A DNA stretch of 64,000 nucleotides from an uncultured Haloferula sp. (lineage in GTDB: Bacteria; Verrucomicrobiota; Verrucomicrobiia; Verrucomicrobiales; Akkermansiaceae): contig CBFGTS010000004.1 in assembly GCA_965652295.1 (NCBI GenBank), positions 96,001 through 160,000 of the forward strand, read 5' to 3'. How positions within the stretch are numbered: position 1 is the stretch's first letter; every line of letters starts with the position of its first letter. The translations under genes were made by a program, and so were the position numbers. Shown here piece by piece: positions 56,239 through 64,000 of this stretch. A model generated the notes under the pieces. That model was not told the origin of the DNA, did no database searches, and saw nothing but the letters and a program-made list of their open reading frames with translations.

Positions 56239-57615
56239 ATGATCGCCGACGTGGATCTGTTTTCCCCGAAACCCTCGTTCGAGCCGAAGGCGCTGAGCGT
56301 GACCCAGCTGGTGCGCCGGATGAAAAACCTGCTGGAAATCCAGCTCGGCGAGCAATGGGTGGAGGGCGAAGTTTCAAATCTGCGGAAGCAGGGCAGCGGG
56401 CACTGGTACTTCTCGCTGAAGGACGCGAATGCCCAGATTTCCTGTGCGATGTTCGGCGCGATGCGGAAGCCGGGGGCGGAGGCTCTGCAGGACGGGGCCA
56501 AGGTCCGGGTTTTTGCCGAGCCGAGCGTGTATGAGGCCCGCGGGCAGTTGCAGATCATCGTGCAGAAGGTCGAGCGCGCCGGGGTGGGCGACTTGCAGGC
56601 CAGGTTCGAGGCGCTGAAGCAGAAACTGGAAGCGGAGGGTTTGTTCGCCGCGGAACGGAAGAAGCCGCTGCCGGCATTTCCCACGGTGGTCGGCATCGTG
56701 ACTTCCGGGACGGGCGCGGCGATCGAGGATATCCTCCATGTCATGGGGCGCCGCGCGCCATGGGTGAAGCCGGTGCTTTTCCCGGTTCGGGTGCAGGGGA
56801 AGGGAGCGGAGAGGGAGATTGCCGAAGCCATCCGGCGGATGAGCGAGCCGGAGAATTACGGGATTCCCCGTTGCGACGTCTTGATCGTGGGTCGTGGCGG
56901 CGGTTCGCTCGAAGACCTGTGGAATTTCAACGAGGAAGAGGTGGCCCGCGCGATCGCCGCCTGTCCGCTGCCGGTCATTTCGGCGGTCGGGCACGAGATC
57001 GATTTCACCATCTCGGACTTCGTGGCGGATCGTCGTGCGCCGACGCCGAGTGCCGCGGCGGAAATGGCGGTGCCGGACGGTGAGGCTCTTTGCCAGAGGA
57101 TGGAGGTGCTCGGACGGCGGATCCAGCGGCGCGTGTTGGAGCGCTTCGAGCGTCTCGAGCTGGTGCTGGCGAATGCGCGGCGCGGGGTGCTTTCCCGGGG
57201 AGGAGAGCGATTGCTGCGGGAACCGGCGATGAGGATCGATGCGCTGCGGGGGCAACTTGCGGCGTCCGCCGCCAACGCGTGGCGCGGGCAGCGGGCGGAG
57301 GTGCGGTCGCTGGCGATGCGGCTCTCCCTAATGAAGCCGGAGCGTCAGGTGACCCAGCGTCTTGAGCGACTTGCGGCGCTTTCCCGCCAGCTGGAGCGGG
57401 CGGGGAAAGCGGCCCTGGCGGAGAGAGTCGAACGCCTCCAACGTTTGGCCAGCGTGCTCCGGGCCCTCGGGCCCGAATCCGCGTTTGAAAGAGGGTTTTC
57501 CATCACCACCGACGAGGACGGCCGGATCGTCCGATCGATCTCGAAAGTCCGCCCTGGACAAATGATTCAAACGCGCGTTTCTGACGGTATTTTGAAAAGT
57601 CGGATCGAACTATGA
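56239..57615 (+). CDS. xseA: Exodeoxyribonuclease VII large subunit
   Basis: WVEGEVSN, GHWYFSLKD, RGGGSLEDLW, GHEID and APTPS. Confidence 0.96.
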   Translation: MIADVDLFSPKPSFEPKALSVTQLVRRMKNLLEIQLGEQWVEGEVSNLRKQGSGHWYFSLKDANAQISCAMFGAMRKPGAEALQDGAKVRVFAEPSVYEARGQLQIIVQKVERAGVGDLQARFEALKQKLEAEGLFAAERKKPLPAFPTVVGIVTSGTGAAIEDILHVMGRRAPWVKPVLFPVRVQGKGAEREIAEAIRRMSEPENYGIPRCDVLIVGRGGGSLEDLWNFNEEEVARAIAACPLPVISAVGHEIDFTISDFVADRRAPTPSAAAEMAVPDGEALCQRMEVLGRRIQRRVLERFERLELVLANARRGVLSRGGERLLREPAMRIDALRGQLAASAANAWRGQRAEVRSLAMRLSLMKPERQVTQRLERLAALSRQLERAGKAALAERVERLQRLASVLRALGPESAFERGFSITTDEDGRIVRSISKVRPGQMIQTRVSDGILKSRIEL

Positions 57616-57618
57616 ACC

Positions 57619-58185
57619 ATGGAAACCCTGCCGCCGGAACTGCTGCTCAGCGCTTATGCTCAGGGGGTTTTCCCGATGGCGGAAGACGGGCAGATCCTGT
57701 GGTTCTCGCCGCAGCAGCGCGGCGTGATCCCCTTGGGGAAAGATTTTCACATCCCTCACGGGCTGAGGCGCACGCTTCGGAAACAACCGTTTGAAATCCG
57801 TTTTGACACGGCGTTTCCCGAGGTCATGGAAGGATGCGCGGACCGGGCGGAGACGTGGATCGACGAGCAGATCAAAGCGAGCTACCGGAGACTCCACGAG
57901 CAGGGGTTCGCCCACTCCGTGGAGTGCTGGGATGAGGAAGGGCTGCAAGGCGGCCTCTACGGGGTGTCGCTCGGCCGTGCGTTCTTCGGCGAGAGCATGT
58001 TTTCGAGGAAGGCCGACGCCTCGAAGGTCGCGCTGGTGCATCTCGTGGAGCGGCTCCGGGAGCGGGATTTCCTGCTGCTGGACACGCAGTGGATGACGCC
58101 GCACCTGCGGACCTTTGGCGGGCACGAAATTTCCCGCGAGGAGTATCTGGTCCGGCTGGCGGAGGCGGTGGATGAATGGCATTGA
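57619..58185 (+). CDS. aat: Leucyl/phenylalanyl-tRNA--protein transferase
   Basis: [17 protein letters not shown] and [15 protein letters not shown]. Confidence 0.95.
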   Translation: METLPPELLLSAYAQGVFPMAEDGQILWFSPQQRGVIPLGKDFHIPHGLRRTLRKQPFEIRFDTAFPEVMEGCADRAETWIDEQIKASYRRLHEQGFAHSVECWDEEGLQGGLYGVSLGRAFFGESMFSRKADASKVALVHLVERLRERDFLLLDTQWMTPHLRTFGGHEISREEYLVRLAEAVDEWH

Positions 58186-58276
58186 TGGGAGGCTTGAGGA
58201 AACTCACCGAACCTCTCGGCTTTGGCCCTTGACCGGTCGGACGGTGCCTTTCAGCGTCGCGCATCTTTTTCGCGAC

Positions 58277-59458
<1,182 letters not shown>

Positions 59459-59479
59459 TGCGCTTACCGGTATCCCGCT

Positions 59480-59881
59480 ATGAAAGGAATCGGCATTGAA
59501 GAAGCGGCATTCACGGGATATCCTGCGACTGACATCGCACGGACACGCAAGTTCTACGGTGAAATCCTCGGCCTGAAGGAAGGTATGGTCTTCGACCACG
59601 AAGGCCAGGTCGGCTGGGTCGAATTCGAGATCCCGGGCGGCCACACGCTCGCGATCGCCCAAGCCAACGATCAATGGCAGCCGAACCCGAATGGCGGTGG
59701 GATCTGCTTTGAAGTTGAAGACCTGGATGCCGCTGTCGCCAGACTCAAAGAGGCGGGAGTGACCGTGGTCCTTCCGATTCAGGATTATCCCATCTGCCGC
59801 ATGTCCCTGATCGCCGATCCCGATGGCAACACGGTGGCGATCCATCAGAAGAAGCCGAATCATCCCGAGTGTTCGCATTGA
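59480..59881 (+). CDS. VOC/glyoxalase family protein
   Basis: KFYGEILGL, FEVEDLDA and DPDGN. Confidence 0.85.
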   Translation: MKGIGIEEAAFTGYPATDIARTRKFYGEILGLKEGMVFDHEGQVGWVEFEIPGGHTLAIAQANDQWQPNPNGGGICFEVEDLDAAVARLKEAGVTVVLPIQDYPICRMSLIADPDGNTVAIHQKKPNHPECSH

Positions 59882-59908
59882 TTTCAGATCCATTCCCACA
59901 ATTCCACC

Positions 59909-60805
<897 letters not shown>

Positions 60806-60808
60806 GGG

Positions 60809-61201
60809 TCAAGCTGGGGGAATCCCCCAGCTTTCCCGGAGAGCAACCCGCTCGCTGAAGCCATCGTCGCAGGCGACGAGGTGGAGGTGCTTGTCCTCGA
60901 TCCACCACAGGGCGCGTTGCTTGAAGCGGCGACCGAGGGACAGGGCGGTGGCCAGGTCACAACGGACGGCCCAGCCGGGTTCGGCGTGGGTGGCATCGGC
61001 GGCCATGCAGGTGATCCGCTGGTGGGGGAGGTGCTTTCTTTCCAGGAGACGCCGCAGGCGGTGATCGGCCGCGCGGTTCATGCGCCCGCTCCAGCGCTGG
61101 TCCATGGGGTTCCAGGCGGTGACGATGGCGAACGGTTCCGCCGGCACGGGGCCGGCGGAGGAAAAACGGCAGTCGTAGTAGTCGGCGGGGAAGCGGGGCA
61201 T
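60809..61201 (-). CDS. DUF3293-like protein
   Basis: FAIVTAWNP, N..A...L, EPGWAV and LGRRFKQRA; start uncertain. Confidence 0.7.
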   Translation of the reverse strand: MPRFPADYYDCRFSSAGPVPAEPFAIVTAWNPMDQRWSGRMNRAADHRLRRLLERKHLPHQRITCMAADATHAEPGWAVRCDLATALSLGRRFKQRALWWIEDKHLHLVACDDGFSERVALRESWGIPPA

Positions 61202-61395
61202 GGCGTCGAAGGGGTCCTCGGGCTGGAGTCGAGAGGTCGGCCGCCACTTGTCAGAAACCATCGGCAAACCAGAGGGGAGCGTGGGGAAAAAATGTCACTC
61301 TTCAAGGGTTTCGGTCGCCGCCGGTGTTCAACTCAACGGAGCGCGAACAACCCGTGAGCTCCGATTCGAACTGACAACAAACCAAACCAAAGACC

Positions 61396-61704
61396 ATGAA
61401 AACCAACCTCCTCACTCTTGCCGTGACCGTGGTCACAGCGATTTCATTCAGCCCTGTTGCGCTCGCCCGTCCGGATTTTCCGGTCCAGCGGAAGACCTCC
61501 GGACCAGCCGCAAGGGGACCTTCCGCCATGCAGAGCGAAGTCTGCAAAGGGAGCGACTGCTGCACCACGAAGACGGTGATCTCCGTGGCGCAAGGTGGCC
61601 GCGGCTCGCACAACTCGTTCAAAAAGGTCCGTCACTGCAAGGAGAGCTGCCTGGTTCCGGCGGAGAACAAGCGCCCTGTTTGCCGCCAGGGACACCGGGC
61701 GTGA
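61396..61704 (+). CDS. Small secreted Cys-rich protein
   Basis: Signal peptide; CKGSDCC...HCKESC...C (6 Cys); A/C-rich translation start region. Confidence 0.65.
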   Translation: MKTNLLTLAVTVVTAISFSPVALARPDFPVQRKTSGPAARGPSAMQSEVCKGSDCCTTKTVISVAQGGRGSHNSFKKVRHCKESCLVPAENKRPVCRQGHRA

Positions 61705-61747
61705 CATCGATCCCGGCAGGCTGCTACCTTGTCGCCATCCAAACACC

Positions 61748-62050
61748 ATGAAGGATTCGGAATTCGATGACCTGTTGAAGACGGCAAAAGGCCCTGTTCT
61801 TTTGCCGTCTTCCTTCCGGCACGGAGTCTGGAGCCGCATCAAAGAGCAGGAATCCGAGGTGCCGAAACGCGCTGCCTGGTTCCAGCCCGTCCTCGGTCTC
61901 TTCCTCCGCCCCTGGGGAGCCGTTGCAGGGATGGCGGCGACGGTCGCCGTGGGGGTGTGGCTGGGTTCTGCTTCCGTTCCTGGCACGGAGGGTTCAAAGC
62001 AAGCGTACGCTGAATCGATCAGCCCCTTCGCCCACCCCCTCGGCAGATGA
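61748..62050 (+). CDS. CnrY-like single-TM anti-sigma factor
   Basis: LP.SF..GVWSRI cytoplasmic part, TM helix and C-terminal Y..SISPF; precedes the sensor and ECF genes. Confidence 0.6.
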   Translation: MKDSEFDDLLKTAKGPVLLPSSFRHGVWSRIKEQESEVPKRAAWFQPVLGLFLRPWGAVAGMAATVAVGVWLGSASVPGTEGSKQAYAESISPFAHPLGR

Positions 62051-62517
62051 AGAGATACCTGATACTTCTGGCCGTGGCCTTGCTGGCAGGTTCGGTGGCG
62101 TTTTGCGTGACACGTTCCCACAAATTGGCGGAGCGCAAGACGGTGCTGCTGGACGCGATGCCGGAGCTGGCGTGGGTGCGTGAAGAGCTGGAGCTCACGG
62201 ATGATCAGTTTGCGAGGATCGCCGCGCTGCACGCCGCCTATCGACCCACATGTGTGGAAATGTGTCGGCGGATCGCCGACGCCCAGGGGAGGGTCGAGGC
62301 CGCCGCGCGGGGCACGCGGAATATGGTGCCGGAGCTCGAGGTGGCGATTCGCGAGCATGCGGAGATCCACGCGCAGTGTCAGGAGGAGATGCTGAAGCAC
62401 CTTTATGAAACGGCGGCCTTGCTCGAAGAGGAGCAGGCGGACCGCTACTTGGAGACCATGCTGCCTTTCGGCCTGGACTCCACGCCGATTGAAACCGGCG
62501 ACAGGCATTCTCGCTAG
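62047..62517 (+). CDS. CnrX-like periplasmic heavy-metal sensor
   Basis: N-terminal TM helix, WVREELELTDDQ, H..Y..C..MC and C..EML.HL. Confidence 0.75.
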   Translation: MKRYLILLAVALLAGSVAFCVTRSHKLAERKTVLLDAMPELAWVREELELTDDQFARIAALHAAYRPTCVEMCRRIADAQGRVEAAARGTRNMVPELEVAIREHAEIHAQCQEEMLKHLYETAALLEEEQADRYLETMLPFGLDSTPIETGDRHSR

Positions 62518-62523
62518 AATGTC

Positions 62524-63099
62524 ATGATGGTGGAATCGTCCGAACCCGAACTGATGAGCCGACTGGCCGCCGGGGATGATCTCGCGCTGAACATCCTGAT
62601 GGATCGCTGGGGGCCGAGAGTGGCCGCGTTCCTTCACAAAATGACCGGTAGCCGGGATACGGCCTTGGATCTTGCGCAGGAGACATTCGTGAAACTCTAT
62701 CAGGCGCGCGACCGGTACCGGCCTAGTGGGTCCTTCAGCACCTATTTGTTCGCGATCGCGTCGAATCTCGCTCGCAATCATGCCCGATGGAGAAACCGGC
62801 ACCCGACCCTTTCCCTTGATGTGGCTTCCGAGGATGGAGGAATCGTCGTAGCGGAAGCGAAGGATCCGGACCAGACACCGGAAGAAGCCGCCCAAACCGC
62901 TGAGAAGATGCGGGCGGTCCACGCCGCGTTCCTCCTGTTGCCGGAAGATCTGCGTGAAGCCATGACCCTGTTTGTTCACGAGGGCATGGCTTACGCCGAA
63001 ATCGCCGCGATCGCCGGATGCTCGCCCAAGGCGGTCGAGACCCGGATTTATCGGGCGAGGCTGATCCTTCGGGAGCAACTCAAGGATCTCACTTCCTGA
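62524..63099 (+). CDS. ECF sigma factor (CnrH-like)
   Basis: DLAQETF, FSTYLFAIASN and KAVETRIYRAR. Confidence 0.9.
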   Translation: MMVESSEPELMSRLAAGDDLALNILMDRWGPRVAAFLHKMTGSRDTALDLAQETFVKLYQARDRYRPSGSFSTYLFAIASNLARNHARWRNRHPTLSLDVASEDGGIVVAEAKDPDQTPEEAAQTAEKMRAVHAAFLLLPEDLREAMTLFVHEGMAYAEIAAIAGCSPKAVETRIYRARLILREQLKDLTS

Positions 63100-63120
63100 T
63101 ATCTCCGGCACCGGGTGGAT

Positions 63121-64000
<880 letters not shown>

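Overview
GC-rich bacterial chromosome segment, most likely Verrucomicrobia (Haloferula/Luteolibacter-like). This is inferred from PEP-CTERM proteins, an ECF sigma with a FecR-LamG anti-sigma, an SHD1-domain protein and acidic DxDxDG-repeat secreted proteins. The main blocks are: (1) housekeeping and nitrogen genes (MalY/PatB-like aminotransferase, ROK kinase, coaX, amtB with a sigma54 promoter divergent from a TorF-like porin, xerC, Fur-family regulator). (2) A ~28-kb SusC/D-free rhamnogalacturonan/galactose locus (7.1-35.1 kb) with two PL11-like lyases, one fused to CBM35-like and CE12-like domains, a BNR-4 protein, three PEP-CTERM proteins, a propeller sensor kinase with NarL-type regulator, an ECF sigma/anti-sigma pair and galM-SSS-galK, interrupted by a compact arsR-DUF6428-arsC-acr3 cassette. 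(3) Housekeeping genes including a tandem pair of uncharacterised coiled-coil membrane proteins, rlmH, glyQS, tag and cls. (4) An HNH nuclease-GNAT-RtcB cluster behind a ~700-nt leader containing a 53-codon uORF with a terminator/antiterminator switch plus further hairpins; this is the best candidate for an undescribed system. (5) xseA, aat and sucC-VOC-sucD. (6) A cnrYXH-like Cys-rich metal-sensing ECF module next to a truncated heavy-metal P-type ATPase. Non-coding motifs read directly from the sequence include repeated NarL-like 7-2-7 boxes and a divergent pair of TGCTAAG-N17-CATC promoters. I recognised no tRNA, rRNA, CRISPR array or intact transposase. All family calls come from motif recognition by eye, not database searches.
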